Positions 18,039 to 32,679 of a stretch of 64,000 bases of DNA are shown here, in pieces (position 1 is the first letter of the stretch; the number at the start of each line of letters is the position of its first letter). The stretch is from the human T2T-CHM13v2.0 reference genome, Homo sapiens. The translations under genes were made by a program, and so were the position numbers. The stretch is taken from NCBI RefSeq assembly GCF_009914755.1, contig NC_060930.1; one strand, 5' to 3'. The notes beneath the pieces were generated by a model. That model made no database searches. It was not told the DNA's origin and saw only the letters and a program-made list of their open reading frames with translations.

Positions 18039-20177
18039 CATATGTATTATTTCTTATATGCTTTGCAATTTCAACTAAATGATTTTGTGTATTGCTAATC
18101 CTTACAACAGACCTACAAAGGTTATAGAGAAGTGGAGGGCTATTTTTTTTTTTTTTTAAACGGGAATTTTAGCAGAGAGCACAGTATGATGGGGCTGTTT
18201 GGGGTTAATGGAACTCCGATATGTAGGCCTGAATTCCACTCTTCTAGCAATCTTGCCACTATGTTCAGGATATGACTTACCATGCATAGAACAGCCTACT
18301 CTGAATTATAAAATAAAAAGTTGTTTGATGTCCATCTTTTCGAAGGACTTCCTAAATGAACTTCAGTGCTGTGCTTTAGTTTTTCAACTACTTTGTCACT
18401 AGATCCATTATGGGGAGAAAATGGAGCTTTGGAAATATCACTGTGAGTTAAATAAATGGTATCTTTTCTTAGCTAAACAGTGATTTGGAAATGTATAACA
18501 TAAATGTTCATAATGGGTTTACTCCATTTGATTTGGAAAAACATTCCTTTTAAGGATAGACATATTGTCCAAAACATTGTCTGAAGCAACTTGAGGACAT
18601 ACTGTCCCTGACCTCAAGTTGCTTAAGATCTGACAGATGGACTAGCATCCTAACTAGTAAGTTTAGTGAGTGTTTTATGTGCCATGAGTGAAGTGTGTAC
18701 AGAAGACAATTGGGAAGAGAGAAGAGATGGCTCAGTTCTCCCCGAGGAGAGCATATAGGATAAGTTATGGTTTGCATAGAGGTAAAACATCTCTGGAATT
18801 ATAGATCATGTCAATGGGAAGATGTGTTTTGACTTAAAAAGAAATTTTATCAAGAACTTACTAGGACTACATCTATTGAAAAATGCAAGGTAGGCTAATA
18901 TTCATTAGGAGAGGGCAGGCAATGGAAATAGCAGGGGTGGACTGGAACCAGGTAGGAGTCAGGTGAACCTGGTTTGAATCCTGGTGCTGCCACTTAAGTA
19001 CTTTTGGTCATTTGGCATGATTTTCACAGATTAATGTTTGTCTTTCATAGTGGTGTTATGAGGATTAAAAGAAAAGAGTAATGAAGAAACGGCTTCATAG
19101 AGAAGATGATGCTCCTTTACCATTTGTAGGTAGAGAAATATTTCAGGCTGTTAGACTCTACTTACTAATTGTGAGTGTAAAGACTGACAAAACCTTTGTG
19201 TAATTGCTGCACTACAGTCAAGAGCCAGGAGTTTATATGCAGTGACTTCATTTAGAGAATCTTATAAATAATCAATTTATTTAGAATATTCAGGAGAACA
19301 GGATTTTTAACCTGGAGGCTATTTCTTCTGTAGCACAGTAATGTTTTTAATTGCTTAAAATAGTTTTTAATATGTGGTTTAGAGAGTTGATTTAAAAAAA
19401 TTTTTAATTTTACTTGCCATAACTATTCTGCTTGCTAAATTGTTTGTGGGGGAAAACTTGATTCTTTTTCATTAGCTGAATATTTTTAGTTTAAAAACTG
19501 TTATATATATATGTACATAGTAAGATTATTATAAAATTCTTTTAAATGCTGAATATTATGGATAATTAATTATGCCAACATTCCCCAAATATGGAATATG
19601 TAGAGCTATAGTTTAGTTAATACCATTTGTTAAAAACAAAAATAAATGATTTTGTTGAGATGCTAAAAAACATGAAGGATGATTTTGATATTTTTGTGTA
19701 AGAGAGAGAGAGAAAGCCAGAGTATGTATTGTGCTTTTTCCATTTATTGAGAGGATTTTTTTCCCTGATATGTTTTGGAAAGCATTGGTACAAATGGATA
19801 TTGGTAATGTGAACTTAATTTTAACTGAATATATTTTTGAAAGTTAAAAAAGCAAAAGAATGATTGGGAATCACTACAATTCCAAATACGGTGATATCTT
19901 TAGACACTTCAGATTAATTTTGCAGTGTCTTTGGTCTGTAGTCATTCTCTTATGTATTCATTTAATTACAGATTTTAACCTTTTGACTTAGGACAGCAAA
20001 ACGGATTTCTTTTGGAACTAAGTACTATGATTTGTGTCTAAAAAAAAACTTCTAAAAGTTATATTTTTCTATTTGTTTTTGTGTTTGTCACAAGATATGT
20101 TTCTCATGGGTATAGAAGTTTCCAGTGTGACAGAACACTTTCAAATCTCTCATTCTTGAATATATGGCATTTATTAG

Positions 20178-20543
<366 letters not shown>

Positions 20544-21479
20544 AAGATATCTCTTCTTAATGGGGAAGATGGCATGGTATATTGAGATAATAATTGTTTT
20601 AGAATTGCTTCCCTCACTACTTTTCCCCCCATTAGACTTATTTTTTTAAAAAGACATTGTCTGCACAAAAGGTAGCTATTACAAAAGAAGACTGAAGTGT
20701 CAAAGGATTTCTTGGGCTCTCTGATCCATATGCCCTGGCACTGTCTCTCATAAGGCTTGCCCTCTTCATGCAGTTGCCAAGTGCTTGTATAATTGTCTTG
20801 ACAAATGGCATACTCATTAATATTGTGTTGGGCCTTTGCCAACCTGTGGAAGCCATGTGCCCCGGGCAGTGAAATCCAGTGCCAAACTCTTACTGATGGT
20901 TATAAACCATGCCTTAAATACGTTGTTGAGACCAATGATAGATAAGTAAATAGCCATTTGACCTAAAAATACTTACATTTATCCATGGAAGCCAAGAGCA
21001 TTTGTGAATGGTAAGGGGCTGCTGGGGTTCTGAGCTGTAGACACTCTCATGTGCCGGAGCTGCAGCTTCCTGCCTTGAGGGCTCGTCTTTTGTCACTTAC
21101 TTGCTCCAGAATCAATCAGAAAAACATACCCTGATGAACCACCACAGAAAAGAGGTTATTCACTTCTTCAAGGCTGTTAAAGTGCCTAGTCTAGAAGCAA
21201 CGTCATTGTATCAGGGCCTGCAATCAGTTCTAGAAATTAGGTACACCAAATTCTCTAAAAATTAATAATTGAGTCTAAATGGATGAAACTCAGGAAAAGG
21301 GTGTGAGATGCTCTCGGTACAACTGTATATTAACATTTTCTCCCAGGCATTTCATGTTACTTCAAATTAACGATTTCAAAATGCACTGTTCATTTGTCCT
21401 TGTATTGGTTGAATGGTACTATGCAACTTGTTTTTTCTTGAGCTCACTAGAAACAATTGTAGCAGTGTGGTAAGGGAGC

Positions 21480-21650
21480 CATTCATTCATTTTTTTCATT
21501 CATTCATTCATGGAAGAAGCAGTTTCTTTGGGCACTTACTTCCTGTGCCTGACCATCTTATAGAAACAATCAAATGAATGGCTCCTGCCCTCAAAGTCTT
21601 ATTTTCTAGTGGGAGAGGTATACATGTCTACAGGTAATTACTGCCTGGGT
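21480..21650 (-). mobile_element. L2 3' end
   Basis: (TTCA)n followed by GGCACTTACTTCCTGTGCC...CCTGCCCTCAAAG. Confidence 0.65.
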
Positions 21651-23604
21651 CATTTGGCATGAAAAATGTATTTCTATTTTAAACATCCAGCTTATTTATA
21701 TTGATTTCAACAAAGCTAATGGGAGATAGGTTTGCCCGGTGCAGAGTTAGTTCCAGAATTTGTAGACCCAGCATATTCTGTTCTTCTGTGCATCCAAGCT
21801 GGCTTCCTGGTGATCTTATTATTTGCGTATTACACAAAGTCCCTGTAAGAATAACCCCCAAGTATTCTCCAAGGTAGATATCTAGATAATGTGTGACCTT
21901 GTCCCTGATAATTGATTTCATTTGCCCATGAACTTTAAAAAATTTTATCCTCCCTCTCAGAAAGAAGGTCTGGATAGGATAACCAGGATCAGGAGCTGAG
22001 CTTGTACAGTTTAAAATTTATGATGTTATGTTAGTAGAAGGAGAATGTTCTGAATTTAGAAAAATTGATGTCAGTATTCAAGACATTTTTAGTGAAACAG
22101 AGAAGATCAGGCTAGAGAATGCTTATATTACCTGAACCAAAGAAGCCACAGAAACTAAGCACAGTTGAAACTTGGCGAGATAGGACAATGGTTTTAAAGT
22201 TTAATTTAAAATATAATGAATGTCTATTTAGAATATTTGGAAATATAAATACATAAAATAGAAAATAAGCACCAGGGATAAATTGCTATGAAATCTTTTG
22301 GCTAGTTCTTCTCATGGTTTCTAAATATGATATGCATGTGTTTATAGGTAGGTGTATATTTATAGAGTTAAGATCATATCGTACATACAATTTTATATCC
22401 TGTTTATCACTTTATGTAGTTGTATCATTCAAACTCGTTGCAACCATTATATTTAATGACTGCATAATATTTTATTGTATGGTCTCCCATAATTTGCTTA
22501 ATCATTCCCTTGTTGTGGGACATTTATGTGGTGTATAATTTTTTTTCTGTTATAAATAATACTGTAATGAAACTTCTTTGTGTTTAACTTCTGTCTTCAT
22601 TTACATTATTTCCTTGTGATAGATTCCCAGAAGGGTAATTACCCTGTCAAAGGGTATGAACAGTTTTAAGTCTCTTGATAGTGCTGAATTGCTTTCTAGA
22701 AAGGTTGCGCCAATGACACCCTCACGAGTAATGCAGGAAACTGCCTGCTTATAGCCCTTCTCTTTTTGTTCATACTAGTCAGCAGGAGCAAAAGCATTCT
22801 CTTGACTTGGCTTTGTATCAGTAGAAGTTAATGGAAGTTGGCCATTTTCCCACCATTGTTTAGTAGAATAAAATGTATAACTGTGTTGACTGAACCAAGC
22901 TTCATTTTTTCTTGATAGAAATTGTGTGAGTATTGCATCTGGTGGTTATGGATTGTGCTTGAACACTTTTGTCTAGTGGTGACCATATATGGGTTATGCC
23001 TGCTCACCATTGGCTATTTCCCTGAAGCTAATTATGCTTTAGGGAAATGATCAGTCCAGTACAGTTTGTGTACTACTTAATGTTTTCTTTACACAGAAGA
23101 ATGAGGGAGGTTGAAAGGACTGTTGAAATGATTATAAAACTCATTCATTCTAACAACAAACATTTATTCAGTATTTTACTAGTTGTTGTCATTGTGCCAA
23201 AGAATGCTTACAGCATTCTGAATGTGTCCAAAATGAAAAACAAGCAAAATAATCCAAATGTGATCCATGACCATGTAACAGATGCTTCAGATACCTTTCG
23301 AAATGTTACTTCTTAGAGCAGTCTTGTAGAGAAGTGGACTTGACCACCATGCCCACTGTTTGGACATTCCAGGCAGCTGTATTCCAATAGTAATGATAGA
23401 AATAATAATAATAATGATAATTGCTGCCATTTATTGAGTACCTGTTATATTCCTTCAAGATACTGTGCTGTTTTTTACCTTCATTGTTGTTTAATACTCT
23501 TATTACCAATGCAAGGTATATGTTATTTTCACGTTGAGAAATATAGGGAAAGTAAGATTCAGAGAGAGAGCGAGAGTTCTCCTAGTTCATCCTTGTCACA
23601 AATC

Positions 23605-24575
<971 letters not shown>

Positions 24576-25775
24576 TAAATAGTTCTTTACTGCCCCTTCC
24601 AAAGAGGCAGCCTTCTTTGTTTTGTTTTTGCTGACCAATTTCCTTCCATTCTTTTCTTTTTCTTCCTATTTCTCTTCTTCCCGCGTCTTCCACCCAGCAT
24701 CACATGTAGTGCTAGATTATGGGCATACGATGATAAATATAAGAGAGAGAGGAGAGAAAGAGTATGTGTATATATATGTGTTTGTGTGTTCTACTCTCAA
24801 GAACCACACAGGCTAGTAGGAATACAGACAACAGCAGGTAGTAATAATACGGCATGCTAAACATTGCACATTGAGTGGTATTTGGGTCCAGGAAACAGGC
24901 CCGTTTCCTTCTAGATGTCTTTTCCCCTGACTTCTGTGCTGTGGCACCCTTTACGTCCCCTCTGTCTTACTCCTTACATCCCCTTCCCTTAAATATGATA
25001 AGTTCCAAGTATTCTTCTATCTTTTGCCCACTTATATCTTGCTCTTAGCCTCCCATGGATTCTTATATACGCTTGTGATATTAACTCTTACGTCTATGCA
25101 AATTACCTCCAAGGTCTACATTTCCAGGATTAATGTCTTACCTCATTTCCAAACTATAATATAACTCGAATTGCCTTACAGAAATTGTAATGTGGCTATC
25201 TCATTCATACTGAACTTCCATTGTCCAAATCTGTTTCCCTCTACAAAAGATGATCTGAACAAACAACAAAAATCCATTCTGAGTTCTCTGTGTCAGTGAA
25301 TGACTTTATTAGTTCATCCGTTACCCGATCTCTAGAAATCTCTGGGTCACTTTTAACCCTGAATTCAGCTCATCTTACCCGTTACACACTGGGCAATGAG
25401 TTAATTAGCTGATGAACATGATCTAGTATAATCTTTTCATTATGAGATAAGTATTATATTTCTCTGTTTTACAGATGAGAACCTTGAGGCCAGAAGGGTC
25501 AAATAACGTTTCTAAGGATGATACATGGCACCTAAGAGATCAACCTAGGATCAAACCAACATTAGTATCTCTGCGAAGTCTGGCCTATTGCCCATTATAT
25601 TGTATTTTCTCTTCTTATAGTTGGTCTGATTGTTTCTTTTGTACCAGTGCTAACATACTTCACGTCCACATTTGTATTCTTGCTCCTTTTTTGTGACTTT
25701 ATAATCTACATATATTTGTGACTAGGAAGATTTTATTAATAGTGTAGAAAAATTTTTCAGTAGGTTAAGCTAAAA

Positions 25776-26325
25776 CAGGGCTCAGCAAACTCTATAACAG
25801 ACCAGAGAGTGAGTATTTAGGCTTTGTGAGCAACACAATCTCTATAGCAGCTATTCAATCTTACCTTGATAGCAAGAAAGCCATGGCAAATGATAAATCA
25901 AGAAATGGCTGTTGCTGTGTTCCAACAAACTTTATTTGTAAAAACAGACTATGGGCAAGGCACGATGGCTTAAGCCTGTAATCCCAGCACTTTGGGAGGC
26001 TGAGGTGGGCAGCTCACTTGAGGCAGGAGTTTGAGACCAGCCTGGGCAATGTGGCGAAACCTCATCTCTACAAAAAATACAAAAGCTAGCCGGGCATAGT
26101 GGCTTGCACCTGTAGTCCTAGCTATCTCTGGGGCAGGGAGCCACTGGAGCCTGAGACAGGAGGATCACTTGAGTCTGGGAGGTTGATGCTCCAGTAAGCC
26201 ATGATCATCCCACTGCACTCCAGCCTGGGTGACAGAGTAAGACCCTGTCTCAGAAACAAAAAAAAGCCAAAGCCAAAAAAAAAAACCCCAAACAGACTAC
26301 TGTGGGCAGATTTGGCCCTTGGGTC
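25776..26325. mobile_element. MER58A-like hAT MITE interrupted by an Alu
   Basis: CAGGGCTCAGCAAACT...GGCTTTGTGAGC...TGTGTTCCAACAAACTTTATT...GGCAGATTTGGCCC. Confidence 0.7.
25953..26289 (+). mobile_element. AluJ
   Basis: Sense dimer with about 17 extra nt in the right arm; TSD AAACAGACTA at 25942-25951 and 26290-26299. Confidence 0.92.
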
Positions 26326-26518
26326 TGTAAATACTTATTTCATTTTTACTATCTAAGCTAATGTGTTTTATTGGATTTACTTATTCATGCATTTATTTAT
26401 GTATTTAAAAACACATTGATGTATAATCTCAATTAGATAAAATAGAAGTTAAGGGAGGTCCTTGCAGAGATACCATTTGAACTTAACAATCTTGGACCTT
26501 TGATTGAGAAGTATACTT

Positions 26519-26551
<33 letters not shown>

Positions 26552-26853
26552 TGAGGCAGAGTCTCACTCTGTCACCCAAGCTGGAGTGCAGTGGTGCAAT
26601 CCTGGCTTACTGAAGCCTGAACTCCTGGGTTCATGCAGTCCTCCTGCCTTAGCTCCCCAGTAGCTGGGACTGCAGGTGTGTGCCACCATACCCGGCTAAT
26701 TTATTAAATAAAAATTTTTTTTTTTTTTTTTTTTTGTAGAGATAGGGTCTTGTCATGTTGCCCAGGCTGCTCTCAAACTCCTGGGCCCAAGTGATCCTTT
26801 CGCCTTGGCCTTCCAGAGTGTTAGGATCATAGGCGTGAGCCACCACACCCTAC
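26519..26853 (-). mobile_element. AluJ
   Basis: Antisense dimer; degenerate TSD TGAGAA(G/A)T(A/G)(T/C)ACTT. Confidence 0.92.
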
Positions 26854-26862
26854 TGAGAAATG

Positions 26863-27331
26863 CACTTGACCCCTGGACAACTGATTACCCTCCCTCAGTC
26901 AGTTGAAAATTCCTGTATACCTTTTGACTTCCCCTAACTTAACTATTAATTGTTAACTGGAGGCTTTACTGATAACATAAACAATTGATTAACACATATT
27001 TTGTATGTTATAGGCATTATATACTGTATTACAATAAACTAGAGAAAAGAAAATGTTATTAAGAAAATCATGAGGAAAGAAAATGTATTTACTATTTATT
27101 AAGTGGAAGTAGATCATCCTAAAGATCTTTATTCTTATCTTCATGTTGAGTAGGCTGAAGAGGAAGAGGAGGGGTTGGTCTTGCCTTCTCAGGGGTGGCA
27201 GAGGTAGAAGAGATAGGGGAGGCGGAAGGGGAGGCAGGAAGGGCAGGCACACTCAGTGTAACTGTTACTGAAAAGAATCTGCATGTAAGTGGATCTGCAC
27301 AGTTCAATCCATGTTGTTTGAGGGTCAGCTA
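26863..27331 (-). mobile_element. Tigger2a/2b-like DNA transposon relic
   Basis: TIR-like ends CACTTGACCCCTGGACAAC and GTTGTTTGAGGGTCAGCTA-TA; internal GTTGAGTAGGCTGAAGAGGAAGAGGAGGGGTTGGTCTTGCC. Confidence 0.85.
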
Positions 27332-29718
27332 TATTTGAATTGCCAAGAATTCTGAACTGTCTCATGGCTAGCTAGGCATATGAATTTATGCTAGTTACGT
27401 GATCTTTTTGAGCTTTATATTCTTTGTTGGTAAAGTGGTACGAACAATACTTACATCACAGAACTGTTGAAGGGATGAAATGGAAGAACAATGTATTAAT
27501 AGAAGTATGAATGTCGTTGGTCTTATCCTCCTGGGTCTCTTATGTATTTCCAGATGATATATTTCTTATAGAGAAATTCGATAGAGGTAGAAGGAAAGGA
27601 AGTCACTTCTCAGATAGAAGTGGGAAGGCTCTCCTAGTCATCCATCTCTCTCTGTTAGAGATAGTAACAGAAAGGACAGATACTTTTCTGTGTGGGGTGA
27701 ATGACAGTGGAGAATGTAAGCAGGGCTGAGCAGATAGATAGAAGGCCTGAAAACCAGGGCAAGAACCTCAAACTTTCATCGGCAAGCTGGGGGTTGCGTG
27801 AGGAGAGCAAGGAAGGGACACGAGGCTGGGGCACATCCCTGGGAATGGAACCCAAGTGTGGGTTTGGATGTGTGAAGAGCTGGAAACTGGGAAGGAAAAG
27901 CATCGACAGCAGCCCACAAATAACTGGATCAGAAGCACCTTTCCGAGAACAATTCTGAACTTTGTCTAACACATATGCCTTTGGGAGGAAGAAAGCTTTT
28001 CTTGTGTTTTGGCAAGGGTGCTGAGCTAGGTAGCTAATAACCTAACAGTTTGATTTTGTGCCAAGATGTGTAAGGCTGCATATGCATGTTTAAAATTCAT
28101 ATCCACTGCAGTGACAAGTCACTGAACACTAGATGGGAAGACATTTCAGTTGAAGCTCAGCCAAAAGCCCTTTTGAAACAACTCTGACAAAATAACGCCA
28201 TAAGTGAATAAAACCAGAGAGTTCCTGGGTATCTTTGAAAATGTCTCCCATGATGACAGTCTCAGACAAAGGTGCTGTGCACAGCTTCTAAGAAGCAATC
28301 ACACACAAGCACAGCCATTCAACTTGCAGCTAGATTTCCTCAGTTCCAATTTGGAGTCAGGTGGATTGTGTTGTCCAGGGACAGACTGTGCTTTTGATAG
28401 TGACTTGGAACAATATAATTCTTTGCTAATGCAGCTTCATATCATGAAGTTACATATTTTCTTGGTATGATTGCACGGCCCTTGAAGTAAAACAGCCACA
28501 TAGTTGTATGCTTTAAAATAGCCCGGTAGGGAAGAATTCCACATTTTAGAAGATGGATTTTTATAATTTAAGTTTGTGAATGTAAATTATTTGTGAACAA
28601 TGGGATGTGACATCTCAAGACTCTCCTTATTGGGATCCCTGAGTGAGTTTAAAACTGGCTTCTGTGGCAGTGGGAAGAAGACACTGTGTGAGTGGTTCAC
28701 AGCCCTTTGCGGTTGTCTTATTGAACTCTTTCAATACCTTAGAGTTTTGCCAGTTATACTTAGGTCCTTCTCACCTCATCCGTGACTTGAACCGCCTATA
28801 CTAGATGACAGCTGAGGTGACTTTCAGCTGTAAAGTTTGGCATTTTATTTACTTAAAAATCTAGGTCAGTGCTCTGCCTTCTGGCTGCTCTGTCACTCTT
28901 CCCCAACAAGTTTAGTCCTGTTTCTGGTTAATTGTGGGTGTGTAGTAGAAATTTGCCCTTTTGCCAAAGGTGTAATTGAGAGGATGCCACAAAGGTATTA
29001 AGTTTAAGTGACATGACCAGATGTGAGAAGATTTGCATTTACAGCTGTCCATTGATATAGTCTATCACTTTGTACAATATTTCCTGAGATTTTCTATTTT
29101 ATCTTTAAAATATTAAAGTTAACCACAATCTAAAGTGGTGTATTTTGTTTAAAACTTTTTAAAAAAATTAGTAATGTCACTTTGTGATCTAGTGAAGTAA
29201 TACAGAAGTTATGCTATGTCAAAGATAAAGAGAACTCTGTAGTTATGAGGATGGTCGGCAGAAATGTGAAGGATGGCTCTTAAATCTCTTCTCTTCCACT
29301 CTCCTTCGGAAGCCTCTGTCTAATCATTTGCTTCCTTTATTAGTGGGACCCTTAATAGGGTCCAATTAAGTTCTGTATTTTAGGGGATCTCTCTGAAGTT
29401 TTTTGGTTCTATAATGTAAAGGTTGTCGTGTTTACAGTTTTTTTCCACATCACGAGTTCAGGACATGATAACATAATAAACGAGGTTTTCTACAAAGCCA
29501 AGGATCTGAATGACAAAGGAAGGACAACTAGAGATTAGGGATATAAAAGTGACTTCCAGGAATCTTTTCATTTAGTGTATTAAGTATCACATGTCTGTCA
29601 GATTTCTTTAATTGGCTCTTTCAGCTGTGTGGAGGTCGTAGTGGGGGAAACATGCCAGTAGGACAAGAGGGAGCTGGTGGGAGATGCAAAGAACACACTT
29701 GCTTTCCACAGAGTGACA

Positions 29719-29752
29719 CCTGACTTGTGCTTTGCCTGTGTGCTCTTTCCAG
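29719..29752 (+). promoter_or_regulatory. FARS2: Branch point, polypyrimidine tract and 3' splice acceptor of exon 2
   Basis: CCTGAC (branch A 29723, 29 nt before the end of the AG), then a U/C/UG-rich AG-free tract, then CAG. Confidence 0.8.
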
Positions 29753-30472
<720 letters not shown>

Positions 30473-30905
30473 TAGTCATCCTTGCTTGCCTTATTTTGCC
30501 TTAGTGAATCATCCATACTTAATGACATCTTGTGTATAGGTGTGCCCCAGTACTTTTTGACCGCTTTGTTGTGTTAGTAACTACAGAAATTGGTAAGCCT
30601 TAGTTTCCAGTTGTCTGTCCTTATCCTTTCTCTCAATACTGACCCGCCATTCTCTGGGTTACTTCTTATGAATGGAGAATAGTCTGTGGCTCAAATTCAC
30701 CTTTAATCCAGGATGGCTGAAGGTGCAACATGGAAACCTGTGGTCAGGTCATTCTTAATTCTGTTAGGAGAAGTAAATTATATTTTCTTGCTGTTAGAGA
30801 GAAATGAATTTCTTAGGTACCTTAGGGGCCTGATGATTTATTGGCTTGGGCTGTAAACTGTGTCTTGTCCCCAGGCACTTTCCTCACCCTCCCTGGCTTT
30901 GCATG

Positions 30906-30949
30906 TTGCTGTGAGATGTCTTAATTGCTGTGGGATGTCTTAATTGCTG
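30906..30949. repeat. 19-bp tandem duplication (2.3 copies)
   Basis: TTGCTGTG(A/G)GATGTCTTAA x2 plus TTGCTG. Confidence 0.95.
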
Positions 30950-31001
30950 CTATTCTTGAAGCATGTGTTAGGATGATGCATGGAGCCTTTTCCCAACTCC
31001 T

Positions 31002-31074
31002 TGCGTCTGTTAGATGTTATCCTAATATGTTGTGTGCATCTGTTAGATGTTATCCTAATACGTTGTGTGCATCT
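31002..31074. repeat. 33-bp tandem duplication (2.2 copies)
   Basis: TGC(G/A)TCTGTTAGATGTTATCCTAATA(T/C)GTTGTG x2 plus TGCATCT. Confidence 0.95.
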
Positions 31075-32679
31075 TTTTTTGTTGTTTTTTTTTTTGCAAA
31101 TTCTGAAATCCCTAAAAGCTTGATTCCATTTCCTAAAAACTTGCCATACCACTTGTCCCTCACTCATGTTTTAAAAACCATCTCTGTTTTTATATAAGAA
31201 ACAAATGCGTTAAACTAAGCACAGGGTGTATTTCATTTTACTTCCTTAGCAATGTCCCTTCCAGACATGTTCACTGGAACAGGAGGAATTATTATCGTCA
31301 CAAAACTCTCTCCTGCCAACGTAAGCTAAATGAGTTATTAATATGAAAACAAATAGTATAGCATCCTTAGGCCAATAGGTAACCATTGTTCTGTTGTATT
31401 CTATAAGTCCTATAGCAGGAGATAACTGAACAGGACTGCCCTCCCCTTCTCTCCTTTTTCTTTCTGTTTACCTCTGGATGTGCTGTTCTTTTGCGACTCT
31501 GTGATAATACAGTAATAGCTTAGCCTTACACAAAAAGGCCATCCGTGCTGGATCTCGGGGGATCTCAAATGAGCATTCTCACTACTTGGAATAGCTGACT
31601 ATTTTCCAAGTTAGGAAAAATAATGATTAATAAGGATATAGATTTATTAGGGAACTAATATGAGATGAATAAAGACAGGTCAAAATCTGGGAAATATGAC
31701 CAAGTGATAGAATGTCATTTAAAATTAATGTACAAGAGGAGCTGTGATGCCAGTAATATGACGTCCAGGTCACAGTAGCAGACAGGTGCTCAGCCCAGCT
31801 TACCTCATTAAAGAAATAAGAAAGGACTGTGTGCTCTGATTTGTAAGCCTGCATGCCATGAAAGAGGCAATGAAGGCTGCCAGGCACTTCTAGCATTTTA
31901 ATGGAGGGAAAATCAAGGCTGCCACAGAAGATGGGAAATAGGAAGTGGATAGGAAATTAGCCTTCACCTTGTTTCATATTTGTTTTGGGTCCAGTCCAAT
32001 TTGGTAGTTAGTACAAATTACTAATCTAAACTGATGATGCTACTATATATTCTGCGTATAGTTAAAAAATTATGCTCATGTGTATGTATGTATCTAATCT
32101 TCTTATATAAGGTGCATCTGTGTTCATTGCTTCGTTTACTCCTCTTAATAAAAACCTCGCAAGGTAGATCATTTTGACTTCAGCCATGAGGAATGAGGTC
32201 CCGAAAGGTTTAGTGACTTACCCAAAGTTGCTGAAGCAGTTAGTAACATGCCTAGAACTGGAACTCAGCTCTTCTGAATTCATTGCCTGTTTTTCTGTAT
32301 TCTGCTTTTTTTCATGACACTCCTTTCTACGTGGGACCTGCTTATGACCCAAAGGGGAGTTTTGGTTCCAAGAATGCTATGGAGAGTGGAGTCAGAAGAT
32401 TGTGGTGTTTTCTGAATTCCTAACCTCAACTAAAGTGTTGGTACTAACTCTGACCTAATCTTAACTCTAAACAAAATGTTTTTTCGTCTTTCAGTTTATT
32501 CCCCTATGAATAGGATTTTTAGAGTTGTAATAATGTTACAGAGACAATTTTAAACATTTTATTATTATCTTTTAAGGTATTTTTGTTGTTTAATCTTTGT
32601 AATTATTACTTTCATCACTATAACGTGTATTTCAGCAAGAAGAAAAGTAAATACAGAGGTGCAGGGTAAAAAAACAATG

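Noticed and set aside
28808-28831. Inverted repeat ACAGCTGA-N8-TCAGCTGT (twin E-boxes)
   Set aside because: An 8-bp stem is expected by chance in 64 kb.
30906-31074. CRISPR-like appearance of 19- and 33-bp repeats
   Set aside because: Directly tandem with no unique spacers, in a human intron.
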